This document shows positions 11,189 through 20,357 of a stretch of 64,000 bases of DNA, one piece after another (positions within the stretch are counted from its first letter, which is position 1; each line of letters begins with the position of its first letter). This DNA is from Candidatus Eiseniibacteriota bacterium. Lineage in GTDB: Bacteria > Eisenbacteria > RBG-16-71-46 > CAIMUX01 > VGJL01. Below the pieces are notes generated by a model. The model did no database searches. It was not told the origin of the DNA and saw only the letters and a program-made list of their open reading frames with translations. The DNA lies in contig CAWBWI010000003.1 of the NCBI GenBank assembly GCA_963792585.1, forward strand, positions 384,001 to 448,000. Direction: 5' to 3'. The position numbers and the translations under genes were made by a program.

Positions 11189-11461
11189 ATGGAGCAATCA
11201 CACGAGGCGGATCACGGGTTCTCCTTCCGCCGGACGAAGGACGGCCAGGTCTTCATTCGCCGCGAAGGGCGGATCGTGGTCACCCTCCGTGGCGACGCGG
11301 CCGGGGGCTTTCTTTCTGAGATCGAGGGCGCCTCGATCATCGAACAGCAACAGGTCATGGCGTGTGTTACCGGCAACTACAAGCGGGGGAACGAGCGGCG
11401 GGCGGCGGAACATCCGCGAAATCGGCCGGTGGCGCAACGGCGGCGAAAGGAGGACGCATGA
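11189..11461 (+). CDS. Small hypothetical protein
   Basis: Protein-like sequence (FSFRRTKDGQVFI...TGNYKRGNER); ATGA overlap with the next gene. Confidence 0.65.
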   Translation: MEQSHEADHGFSFRRTKDGQVFIRREGRIVVTLRGDAAGGFLSEIEGASIIEQQQVMACVTGNYKRGNERRAAEHPRNRPVAQRRRKEDA

Positions 11462-14400
11462 GCGGGTCACGCGTGGGGATCTGTGTCTTCGGCGTCTTGT
11501 TCTTCATGCTCACGAGTTCCGTGGGAGCGGGTGTGGTGGCGCCCTACCCGCCTTCGGAGTTCTTCAACGCGGACCCCGTTCCGCTTCCCATGCGACCACC
11601 GGGGAATCCGCTGGACTACGCAGCGGCCCGCATCGGCCTCGACATCCGAGGCGTGGAGCTTCCTCGGGCGTACGAGGGCGGATATCGACTCGCCTGCCGG
11701 TTCCCGATCATCGATGCGGTGTCGAACCGGCCCCTCTATATGAAGGAGTGGGCCGAGGGGACGACATCGTCGATTGACAGAGAGCATCGTGAGAACAAGC
11801 TCCTCGCCGTGCGTCGGGCGTTGGCCCTGCTCCGCGGGCTCGAGGGGAGCGCCGCCCTCGTGGGCGATGCCGGCGGCCACCGCCATTCGCCTCCCGGAGA
11901 TGCGAACGTTGCATTGAAGGCAGCCCTCGCCCCGTCGGGCATCACCCCGGCGTACTCCGCCGCGGTGATCGATCTCTACACGTCATACCTGACGGCCGCC
12001 GCACTTGCCGCATCCGGCGTTTCGGCCCTCAACGTGGAGGACCGCACTTTCTTCGCCGCCAATCCGGGCTATTTCCTCGCGCCCGACGGCGAGCGGATGC
12101 CCGATTTGACCGGCAACGTCGACACCCACTTCCGATTCGTCGAGAAGGCCCGGCGCGTTCGCTTCGAGGAGATCTTCGCCGCCGCGGACACGTTGGCCGT
12201 GGCCGCGCAGGCATACGTCGATCGCACCGCGGGATGGAAGTCGTCCGATTTTCTGATCGATCCCGCGAGACCGTTTGCTGGTGTGCGGTTCGGCGATCTC
12301 ACGATCACGGGTGTTGGGGTCGACACGCACGCCGGCACCGCGCTGCTCTCGATCGACCTGGGGGGCGACGATCTCTATCCGCAGGGCGCGGGGGCCTGCC
12401 CGATGGAGGGCGGTCACGTCGCGCTCTGCATCGACCATGGCGGCAACGATCGGTACGACGCGGGGAATGGACGTTACGTCCAGGGGTTCGGCTTTCTAGG
12501 CGCGGGCTACCTGATCGATCTGGCCGGGAGCGACGTCTACCATTCCGGGCCCTTCTCCCAGGCCGCGGGGATCCTCGGCGTCGGGACGATCTGGGACGCC
12601 GCGGGTGACGATAGCTACTCCGGCGGGGCGTTCGTGCAAGGAGCGGGAATGTTCGGGTTGGGGATCCTGCTCGACTCCGCCGGGGAGGATCGATACGAGT
12701 GCGCCACGGTCGGTCAGGGTGGGGCGACGACGCTGGGACTCGGGATCCTCTCCGACCTGGAGGGGGACGATCGCTACGAACTGGGGCTGGGCCGAGCCGG
12801 TGACTCGATGGGGCAGGGCCCCGGCTTCGGACAGGGAGGCGCCCTCTCGTTCCGCCATCTTCCGTGGACGAAGAAGCTCACGGCGTACGGTGGCGTCGGT
12901 GTCCTGACCGACGCGGGCGGGAACGATCGCTATCGGTCGGGTGGTTGGTGCGATCAGGGCGGCAGCTACATCATGTCGCTCGGCGTGTTGAACGATGGCG
13001 ATGGGAATGACCACTACACGAGCCTGACAGGGCTGGGGAGCGGCATCCACATCACCAACGCGATCCTCATCGATCGCAAGGGCAACGACATCTATGAAGG
13101 GGCGTTCCGGTCCGGAGGCTCGGGGGGCGATCGCTCGCCGGGCTTCCTGATCGACTATGAGGGGAACGACGTCTACGAATCGAAGAGCTCCTGCTTCGGC
13201 ACCGGTTGCAAGCCCTTCTGCGTTTCGCTCTTCATCGACTATGGCGGCAACGACACCTACGTGAGCCCCGAGCCGAAGGGACCGATCCTCTTCAATCTGT
13301 GGGACAGCGTCGGCGGCGTATGGCCCGAGTCGGAGCCGTATCTGTGGCCGTATGCGCTCTGCCTCGACCTGGGCGGCAAGGACGACTACCGGATTCGCAA
13401 CCGGGCCAACGACGCGGAACGTCACAGCTTCGGCCATGGCCTCCAGCTCGATACGGAATGGGCTGGCGGGGACGTCATCGGTCCGATCGCGAGCCCGCTG
13501 TCCGCTTACCGACCACAGCCAATCCCGCCCGAGGTCGAGGCCTCCCGCTGGGCAAACGAGATCCGGGCACTTCAGAATCCCGATCTCTTCGCGCGATTTC
13601 AGGCCGTTGGCAGGATCGTGGTGGCGGACTCGTCGATCATTCCGCCCCTCATCCGGACGCTGATCGCTTCCGATCATCGGCCGTACAACCGAGACCTCAC
13701 CGAGTGTCTCCACTACTTCCTCGCAGACGGGAAGATCACGGACGCGAGCGGGCCACTCCTGGCCGCGCTGCTGCATGCCCGGGATCCCGAGGTGCGGACG
13801 ATCTTCGCCATGGATATCGGGAACTGGAAGCTGCCGGATTGCGAGGACGCGCTCATCAAGGCGGCGCGGATGGATCCGTCGTCGGCGGTCCGTGTGGCGG
13901 CAGTCGCAGCTCTCCAAGAGCTGGCGTCCACGAACGCGATCGCGCCCGTAAGGGCGCTCACCGGCCGCGATCCATCGGACGAGGTGCGCCGTGTTTCCGC
14001 CCGCTTCCTCGGGCGCGTGGATGGCGCGGCTTCCCTCGATCTCCTCCAGGAGACCCTCCGGGACGATCCCAGTCCACCGGTTCGTGTTGCGGCCGCCGAG
14101 GCGCTCACGCGACTGCGCGATCCCCGCGCGTTGGATGCGCTGCGCGCGGCGGCGCGCTCGAAGGATGTCTATCTCCAACGTGCGGCCGCGAAGGGAATGG
14201 CGAGCCTGTACGACGTCGATGGAATCGGCGTACTGATCGAATCGCTCACATTTCCATCGATCGACGCCTTCGTGAACTATGGCGTCAACGTCCCGAACGC
14301 CGTGTCCGCCTTCGCGGGCGTCGACATGCCGGAAGACCAGCGCTACGACCAGCAGAAGTGGCGGGACTGGTTCCGTGCGAACCGAGAGAAGATCGACATC

Positions 14401-14811
14401 CACACGAACGCTGACGCCTATGTCGCCTACATGGATCTCCTGATGGCGACGCGTTTCTCCGAGGAGCCCGAGAAGATCCAGAAGTACGAGGAGTTCGTCG
14501 CGCGCTATCCGAACTACCCGGTCGCGACGAAGGCGCTCGCGCAGACATTGAATGCGGCGGCATGGAGGATGGTGACCGCGCCGGACGGCTCGGCCGACCG
14601 GGACCTCCCCAAAGGGCTTCAGCTTGCGAAGCGATCTGTGGAGTTGATCCCCGATCCGGACGCAGTCGACACGCTTGCGGAGGCGTTCCTCGCGAACGGC
14701 CAGCCGGACAAGGCGGCAGACGTTTGCCGGGCCGCACTCAGCAGGAACCCGCAGCACGCGGGACTGCGAGAGAAACTCGAGAGGGCGGAGAAGGCTGCAG
14801 GAGGGCGGTAG
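11458..14811 (+). CDS. Large secreted protein with many DxxGxDxY repeats, HEAT repeats and a C-terminal TPR
   Basis: Signal peptide; repeats such as DLGGDDLY, DHGGNDRY, DLAGSDVY, DSAGEDRY; HEAT units DPSSAVRVAA, DPSPPVRVAAAEAL; TPR-like end. Confidence 0.8.
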   Translation: MSGSRVGICVFGVLFFMLTSSVGAGVVAPYPPSEFFNADPVPLPMRPPGNPLDYAAARIGLDIRGVELPRAYEGGYRLACRFPIIDAVSNRPLYMKEWAEGTTSSIDREHRENKLLAVRRALALLRGLEGSAALVGDAGGHRHSPPGDANVALKAALAPSGITPAYSAAVIDLYTSYLTAAALAASGVSALNVEDRTFFAANPGYFLAPDGERMPDLTGNVDTHFRFVEKARRVRFEEIFAAADTLAVAAQAYVDRTAGWKSSDFLIDPARPFAGVRFGDLTITGVGVDTHAGTALLSIDLGGDDLYPQGAGACPMEGGHVALCIDHGGNDRYDAGNGRYVQGFGFLGAGYLIDLAGSDVYHSGPFSQAAGILGVGTIWDAAGDDSYSGGAFVQGAGMFGLGILLDSAGEDRYECATVGQGGATTLGLGILSDLEGDDRYELGLGRAGDSMGQGPGFGQGGALSFRHLPWTKKLTAYGGVGVLTDAGGNDRYRSGGWCDQGGSYIMSLGVLNDGDGNDHYTSLTGLGSGIHITNAILIDRKGNDIYEGAFRSGGSGGDRSPGFLIDYEGNDVYESKSSCFGTGCKPFCVSLFIDYGGNDTYVSPEPKGPILFNLWDSVGGVWPESEPYLWPYALCLDLGGKDDYRIRNRANDAERHSFGHGLQLDTEWAGGDVIGPIASPLSAYRPQPIPPEVEASRWANEIRALQNPDLFARFQAVGRIVVADSSIIPPLIRTLIASDHRPYNRDLTECLHYFLADGKITDASGPLLAALLHARDPEVRTIFAMDIGNWKLPDCEDALIKAARMDPSSAVRVAAVAALQELASTNAIAPVRALTGRDPSDEVRRVSARFLGRVDGAASLDLLQETLRDDPSPPVRVAAAEALTRLRDPRALDALRAAARSKDVYLQRAAAKGMASLYDVDGIGVLIESLTFPSIDAFVNYGVNVPNAVSAFAGVDMPEDQRYDQQKWRDWFRANREKIDIHTNADAYVAYMDLLMATRFSEEPEKIQKYEEFVARYPNYPVATKALAQTLNAAAWRMVTAPDGSADRDLPKGLQLAKRSVELIPDPDAVDTLAEAFLANGQPDKAADVCRAALSRNPQHAGLREKLERAEKAAGGR

Positions 14812-14862
14812 TCCGGGCGAGCGCATTCCGACTCAGCGCCGGAATGCGCTCCCTCGACGATT

Positions 14863-17220
14863 CTACCGGATCCGCACGAACCGGCCCTCGAAGCGATCAG
14901 AGCCGTCCGAGGCCTCGTAGAAGTAGGTCCCGTTCGCGGCCTCGCCGTCATCGCCCCGGCCGTCCCAGGTCCAACTTGCAATGCCCGCGCCGCCGTCGAT
15001 CCGCGTCGAGAGGATCGTCCGTCCGGCCGCGTCCACGATCCGGATCGAGATCGGACCGCGCAGCGGCCGCTCGAAGGAGATCGTGCAGCTCGTGTGGAAC
15101 GGGTTCGGCGCGCTTCGAGGCGCGAACCCGGGGGTGGAATCTTCCACCCCGGCCGACTCGAGCGAGTAGCGGCGGACTCCCTTCCCGCGCGGACTGCAGA
15201 AGAGATCCGTCGTTGACGAGCCATAGCAGATGTCCCAGATCACCTGGTTCTCGATTCCGGTGTTCATCGCGGCCCAGTTGGTCCCGTCGTCGGTCGACAG
15301 AAAGACGCCGAGGCGGTTGCGTCCCGCGTAGACGTTCGTGGTCCGCGTCCCGAGCAACGACCAGACGACGCTCGTGAGCCCCGAAGCGGTCCAGGTGGCG
15401 CCGTAGTCGGTCGACTTGTACGCGCCGATGTCCGTCCCGCAGAACGCGATCGCGGGATTCGCATCGCGGATCGTGAGCGACGGTTGGTATGCAGTCGTGC
15501 TGAGGCCGGTTGCCGGCGTGAAGTGATCCCCCAGATCGTCGGAGTAGTAGATCTGGTTCGTGATCTGCTCGTAGTTCACGAACAGGCGCGGGCCGTTCAA
15601 CGGATTGCGCCCCATGTTGAAGTCGGGATAGAAACCCGACGTGATCCCCGCGCCGACCTGATTCCAGCTCGTCCCGCCGTCTTCGGATCGCCAGATCTGC
15701 TGGTTGACCGCGCCGCCCGTCCAGACGCGATCGGGATTGGCCGGATCGATCAAGATCCCGCGCATGAACTGCCCCGAGAAGCCCACGAGCTGCCAGCTCT
15801 CACCGTGATCGATCGAGCGGTAGACTCCGGTCGAGGTCGTCATGAACATGCGATCGCCCTGACCGTGTTCGTGGTCCTTCGGGGTGAGCCGGTAGGTGGA
15901 CCATTCGGTCATCCCCGCCGCCTTCATCTCCCACGTCTGCCCCAGGTCCGTGCTGCGCCAGACGCCGCTCTGGTCCGTACCGGCCCACAACTCGCCGCGG
16001 TCGGCGTAGTAGGCGATCGTCCGGACGTAGGCGTTGTTCAGGCCGAGCTGCGAGACGACCCATGCCGCCCCCGGAGTCGTCGAGCGGTAGATGCCACCGT
16101 AGTGGCCGGCGAGGACGCCGGCGGAAGTCGCGCCCGATGCGTAGAAGAAGGCCGCCACGAGTCCGGCGTTGACGTTCGTCCAGGTATCGCCCCCATCGGA
16201 GCTTTCGAAGACCCCCTGGGCAACGAGCGGCGCATAGAAGACGCCGTCCTTTTCGCTCACGTTTGCGTAGCAGGTGCCGGAGAGGACGAGCGTCCAGTGC
16301 GCGCCCCCGTCCGTCGTGCGATAGATGCCCGCGCCCGTCGAGAGGAGGACACGGTCGCCGTTGGCAGGGTCGACCCAGATTCCCCATCCGTCCGTGCCGG
16401 CGGGACCTACCGCGACCCAGGTCGCGCCCGCGTCCTCGCTGCGCCAGCACGGGTTGGTCGATGAGCTCATCGCCATGAACATCCGATTCGGCATGGCAGG
16501 ACTCGCCGCGTAACCTTTCATGAAGGTCGTGCTGATGCCGACCGTGTTCCATGTCACGCCACGGTCGGTCGAGCGGCGCACGCCCTGACTGCTGGCGAGC
16601 CCGGCGATCAGAATGTTGCCGTCGTCCGGCTTGACGCCCACGCCGATGATCTGCGCGGTGAAGGCGATCCGCGTCCAGTGCGCACCCGAGTCGATGGAGC
16701 GGTAGAGCCCGTCGTAGGCTGCCGCATAGAAGACGCCCGCTTCCGAGAGAGAGGCGGCCGCCATGTTCGTGGGAAAGCCCTGCAGGTCGGTGTCGATCCA
16801 GCTAGTTCCGCCGTCGGTGCTGAGCCAGATGCCGCCCGACTCACGCGCAGCGCTCAGCCCGCAAGCGACGAGCACGCGCGAGGCATCTGTGGGGTCGGTA
16901 GCGAACGACTTGACGTTCCCACCCCATGGACCGCGACCGTCCCAGACGAGGTAGCCGCGAGCGGAATCGCCCCCTTCCCGGGCGCCGCCCGTCTGCTCGT
17001 CGAGGGAACCGTCGAACGCGGCATAGCCCGGCGCCGTGAGCGCCTGCGCCGGCATCGGCGTGTCGTCGCACGCGATCCGTACGGCGTCAGCAGCAATGCC
17101 GCTCCCCGTCCATCCGAACAGCGTGAAGAGCGCGAGCGGGCCGGCGCACGCCCAGATGACACTGGGGTTGTGGGCGGTCCGCGATGCGCGGGTGATGATG
17201 TTTGGCCGAATCCGATGCAT
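14863..17220 (-). CDS. Secreted BNR/Asp-box (YCF48/VPS10-like) beta-propeller protein with a C-terminal FlgD-Ig-like domain
   Basis: Repeated S.D.G.TW Asp boxes; C-terminal PNPF...WDGR...G.YF tail. Confidence 0.85.
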   Translation of the reverse strand: MHRIRPNIITRASRTAHNPSVIWACAGPLALFTLFGWTGSGIAADAVRIACDDTPMPAQALTAPGYAAFDGSLDEQTGGAREGGDSARGYLVWDGRGPWGGNVKSFATDPTDASRVLVACGLSAARESGGIWLSTDGGTSWIDTDLQGFPTNMAAASLSEAGVFYAAAYDGLYRSIDSGAHWTRIAFTAQIIGVGVKPDDGNILIAGLASSQGVRRSTDRGVTWNTVGISTTFMKGYAASPAMPNRMFMAMSSSTNPCWRSEDAGATWVAVGPAGTDGWGIWVDPANGDRVLLSTGAGIYRTTDGGAHWTLVLSGTCYANVSEKDGVFYAPLVAQGVFESSDGGDTWTNVNAGLVAAFFYASGATSAGVLAGHYGGIYRSTTPGAAWVVSQLGLNNAYVRTIAYYADRGELWAGTDQSGVWRSTDLGQTWEMKAAGMTEWSTYRLTPKDHEHGQGDRMFMTTSTGVYRSIDHGESWQLVGFSGQFMRGILIDPANPDRVWTGGAVNQQIWRSEDGGTSWNQVGAGITSGFYPDFNMGRNPLNGPRLFVNYEQITNQIYYSDDLGDHFTPATGLSTTAYQPSLTIRDANPAIAFCGTDIGAYKSTDYGATWTASGLTSVVWSLLGTRTTNVYAGRNRLGVFLSTDDGTNWAAMNTGIENQVIWDICYGSSTTDLFCSPRGKGVRRYSLESAGVEDSTPGFAPRSAPNPFHTSCTISFERPLRGPISIRIVDAAGRTILSTRIDGGAGIASWTWDGRGDDGEAANGTYFYEASDGSDRFEGRFVRIR

Positions 17221-17392
17221 CCTGTGCTCCTTTCCTCCGAGATGAGGGATGTCGCACGACATCTTCCTCTTTATGGGGACGGGAGTCGAATAAGGGGCTA
17301 TCGCCGGTTCAAGAAGGTGGAATTGGCGGGAATCGCGACTACAATCGGCCACGGCAAGCAGAGGCGGACGACTGCGATCGAAGGAGCCCGAG

Positions 17393-17809
17393 ATGTCGAA
17401 TCAGGACATGCAAGCGCGGTTGAAGGAGGTGGGGGACGGCGCCCTCGCCGAGAAGATGGGGATCCGGATCGTCGAAGCGAGCGCGGCGCGGGTTGTGGCG
17501 ACGATGCCGGTGGCAGGCAACACGCAGCCGTTCGGCCTGTTGCATGGCGGCGCGTCGGTCACTCTCGCGGAGCAGGCGGGATCGATTGCCGCGAACCTGG
17601 CCGCCGGCTCGGACCGCATCGCCGTCGGGATCGAGGTTTCCGCCTCCCACCTCAAATCGGTGAAGTCCGGCGTCGTGACCGCAGTGGCGACCCCGGTATC
17701 GATCGGCAGGACGCTTGCCACGTATCTGATCGAGATCACGAACGAGGAGGGGAAACGCACATGCATCGCGCGGCTGACGTGCCTCCTACGGGATCGATCG
17801 ACCGCATGA
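17393..17809 (+). CDS. Hotdog-fold thioesterase (PaaI/MenI-like)
   Basis: TQPFGLLHGGASVTLAE motif. Confidence 0.9.
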   Translation: MSNQDMQARLKEVGDGALAEKMGIRIVEASAARVVATMPVAGNTQPFGLLHGGASVTLAEQAGSIAANLAAGSDRIAVGIEVSASHLKSVKSGVVTAVATPVSIGRTLATYLIEITNEEGKRTCIARLTCLLRDRSTA

Positions 17810-17944
17810 GGATCGAGCGTCCGCGACAGCGGCCGGCCACGCCGACCGGGACCCCATACGGGCGCCCGGTGGCGCCCGATTCGCGTGCGTCCGGAAACGA
17901 AGGCGGCGCCTCCATCGGAGGCGGGGCGAGGCGCCGCGCGATCG

Positions 17945-19702
17945 TCAGGGGGCGATGACGATCTTCGAGAAGCCGTCGTTGCCGTGGATCCAGTAGATTC
18001 CCGCGGCAACAGGCCTACCTCGCGCGTCCCTCCCGTCCCACCCATTTCCCGCAAGTGTGCGAATGATCCGCCCCGCGGAATCCAGGATCATCACGGGGCC
18101 AAGTCCGCCGAAGTGAATCGGCTCGCCCGCGACTGCGGGGTTGGGCCATGCGGTCACGCGCGGGATTCGGTCCTCCGCCATGCCATCACCAACCGACGCG
18201 GGATCGAGATGACCGAACCACCCGGTGTGATCGATGCCGAGGTGGTAATACGGCCACGGTGTGAGGGCAGCGTTGAATGTTCCCGGTGCGTCCCAGGCGT
18301 ACACCTGCTGCGAATAGCTCAAGACGATCTCGACGTTCCCGTCCGCGTCGATATCGGCGAGCGCGGGATTCGGGGGCGCCGCGGTTCCCATGTCCGCCGG
18401 CCAGCCCGGCATCAGGGTTCCGTCCGCCTGCAGGACGTAGGTCTTGCTGATCGCGCCGCTGGGACAGCCGAAAGGCGTGAAGCCCGAGCCCGATCCGACG
18501 ACGATGTCGACCCGACCGTCGCCGTTCACGTCACCTAGCACCGGCGAGGAGCCGTCAACCACCGCATTGGTGACGAAAGGCCAACCCGGCATGACGGTTC
18601 CATTCCGACGCCAGGCGTAGACGGTTCCACATTGACCGCAGCTTCCGGCAACGATATCGAGCGCGCCATCCCCATCGATGTCGCCGATGGCCGGAGAGGA
18701 TGAGATATGGGATCCGCTCGCCGGAGCACGGGGGATTGTATAAGGCCATCCCGCCATGTTGCTGCCGTCATAGCGCCAGACATAGATCTTCGCGTCCGTC
18801 TCATAGGTTCCGGTGATGATTTCCAGCGCGCCGTCTCCGTCGAGGTCGGCGAGGGCCGGAGAGGCGATCACCGAGGTGTGCGTCGCGGTGAGCTTCGGCC
18901 AACCCGGGAGCTGAGCGCCGCTATGATCGAACGCATAGACGCCGCCGGTGCTCGTCGCGCCGTAGTCGTACCACGAGCCGATAAAGACCTCGAGGTCGCC
19001 GTCTCCGTCGACGTCGCCTACGGCGGGGGAGCAGCGCTCGACAAAATTGCCGGCCTGCACGGGCCATCCCGAAACCACCGTTCCGTCCGCGTGCCATGCC
19101 TGGACGGTCCCGTCCTGGACCCCGACGATGATCTCGAGTCCCGCGTACGTCGGATCGAGATCGATCAAGGCAGCGGTGGATCGAACATTCGCGCCAACCG
19201 CGATCGGCCAGCCCGGGAGGGGCGTCCCGTTCGCGTGGAGCGCCCAGACCTGGTTGCCGCCGAAGTCACCGACCACGATCTCCGGAAGACCGTCGCCGTT
19301 GATGTCGGCGATCGATGGGGATGCGGCAATGAAGAAGCCCAGGTCGACCGGATATCCGCTCATCAGCGTCCCGTCTTGATGGAACACATAGAGATTGGCC
19401 GCGGACGTCAGGGTCCCGACGGCGATCTCGAGACCCGGATAGGTGGGGTCGAGATCCGCGCAGACGGGCGGGGAGCCTCCACCCTGAACGTTGACGGGCC
19501 AGCCCGGGTGGATCGGATACACAGGGAGAGCGGGCGGAATCGCCGAATTCACGGTCGGCCCGAAATCGGAACCGAGCATCTCGCGAGTCGTTCCCGCGGG
19601 AAGTGAAGACCGGGTCTGGAGCGTAGCGGCTGCGTTTGGCGCCGCGAAGGTCGTTGCGACCGTGGCTGCGATCGCGGTCAACACGAGCAATCGTCGAATC
19701 AT
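17945..19702 (-). CDS. Secreted FG-GAP repeat protein with a short FlgD-like C-terminal domain
   Basis: Repeated SP...D.DGDG.LEI.G and PGWP units; signal peptide from ATG 19702; WDGRD..G...AAGIY tail. Confidence 0.85.
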   Translation of the reverse strand: MIRRLLVLTAIAATVATTFAAPNAAATLQTRSSLPAGTTREMLGSDFGPTVNSAIPPALPVYPIHPGWPVNVQGGGSPPVCADLDPTYPGLEIAVGTLTSAANLYVFHQDGTLMSGYPVDLGFFIAASPSIADINGDGLPEIVVGDFGGNQVWALHANGTPLPGWPIAVGANVRSTAALIDLDPTYAGLEIIVGVQDGTVQAWHADGTVVSGWPVQAGNFVERCSPAVGDVDGDGDLEVFIGSWYDYGATSTGGVYAFDHSGAQLPGWPKLTATHTSVIASPALADLDGDGALEIITGTYETDAKIYVWRYDGSNMAGWPYTIPRAPASGSHISSSPAIGDIDGDGALDIVAGSCGQCGTVYAWRRNGTVMPGWPFVTNAVVDGSSPVLGDVNGDGRVDIVVGSGSGFTPFGCPSGAISKTYVLQADGTLMPGWPADMGTAAPPNPALADIDADGNVEIVLSYSQQVYAWDAPGTFNAALTPWPYYHLGIDHTGWFGHLDPASVGDGMAEDRIPRVTAWPNPAVAGEPIHFGGLGPVMILDSAGRIIRTLAGNGWDGRDARGRPVAAGIYWIHGNDGFSKIVIAP

Positions 19703-19880
19703 CGATGCCTCCCTGCGCCCGAAGCGAAGCAGCGCAGGGAGATGATACCACCACAAAACGGGAGGACGGTAGTTCCGGCATCCCGCAGCGGTGTAAGGAG
19801 GATGAATATGCTGCATTCATGGGTCGTTTTCCCCATGCAACCTAACAGCGGATTGCCGGCCATGGGCGAGGACTCACCCC

Positions 19881-19909
19881 TTGACGGCCCCCCGGGATTT
19901 CTCCAGAAT
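19881..19909 (+). promoter_or_regulatory. Putative sigma70 promoter for the tRNA-enzyme operon
   Basis: TTGACG (19881-86), 17-nt spacer, CAGAAT (19904-09), about 90 nt upstream of the tRNA. Confidence 0.55.
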
Positions 19910-20001
19910 TGAATGGCGGGATTGAGACGTCTCTCGTGCGTCGTGGGAGTCAAGGAACCGCGACCCGCTTCGATCCCCCGATTCAGGTGCGTGATTTTTG
20001 T

Positions 20002-20307
20002 GCGTCCGTAGCTCAATCGGAAAGAGAAGTCCCACATACGACGGCCCGAGCACGGTGACGCGGACTGAGAAGCGAGGATATGTCGGTAATGCCTTCTGAC
20101 GTCCGGGTCTGGGGGCAGGAGGAGAGCCGGAACCTCTCTTCCCGACGGATCCCCGGTATTCCCTTTCCTGCTTCGCCTGCCTTCAGTATCGGCGCCACCT
20201 TTCTGAAGGCACGCATGTCACGTGTGAATGCCTCTCGTCGTGGGAAGCTCAAGAGCACCGGCCTTATAATCCGGAGACTGCGGGTTCGAGCCCCGTCGGA
20301 CGCACCA
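20002..20307 (+). tRNA. tRNA with anticodon UAU (reads AUA) interrupted by a ~229-nt structured insertion in the D-loop
   Basis: Acceptor GCGTCCG (20002-08) pairs 7/7 with CGGACGC (20297-303), then A73 and an encoded CCA. D-stem GCTC (20011-14)/GAGC (20253-56). Anticodon arm CCGGC-CTTATAA-TCCGG, TAT at 20265-67. T-arm GCGGG-TTCGAGC-CCCGT. Confidence 0.85.
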
Positions 20308-20357
20308 CCCTACACCGATTCATCCACCCCGAGGTCGCCGATGGAGGAGAGTCTCTC

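Noticed and set aside
19940..19965. T-box riboswitch in the leader (GGAACCGCG)
   Set aside because: It lacks the UGGN antiterminator bulge and there is no room for stem I.
20027..20255. tRNA insert as a group I or group II intron, or as a prophage att remnant
   Set aside because: It has no GUGYG...AY ends. The weak R/S-like words (GGACTGA, GGATATGTC) are at the wrong end and too close together. There is no integrase and no duplicated tRNA 3' end.
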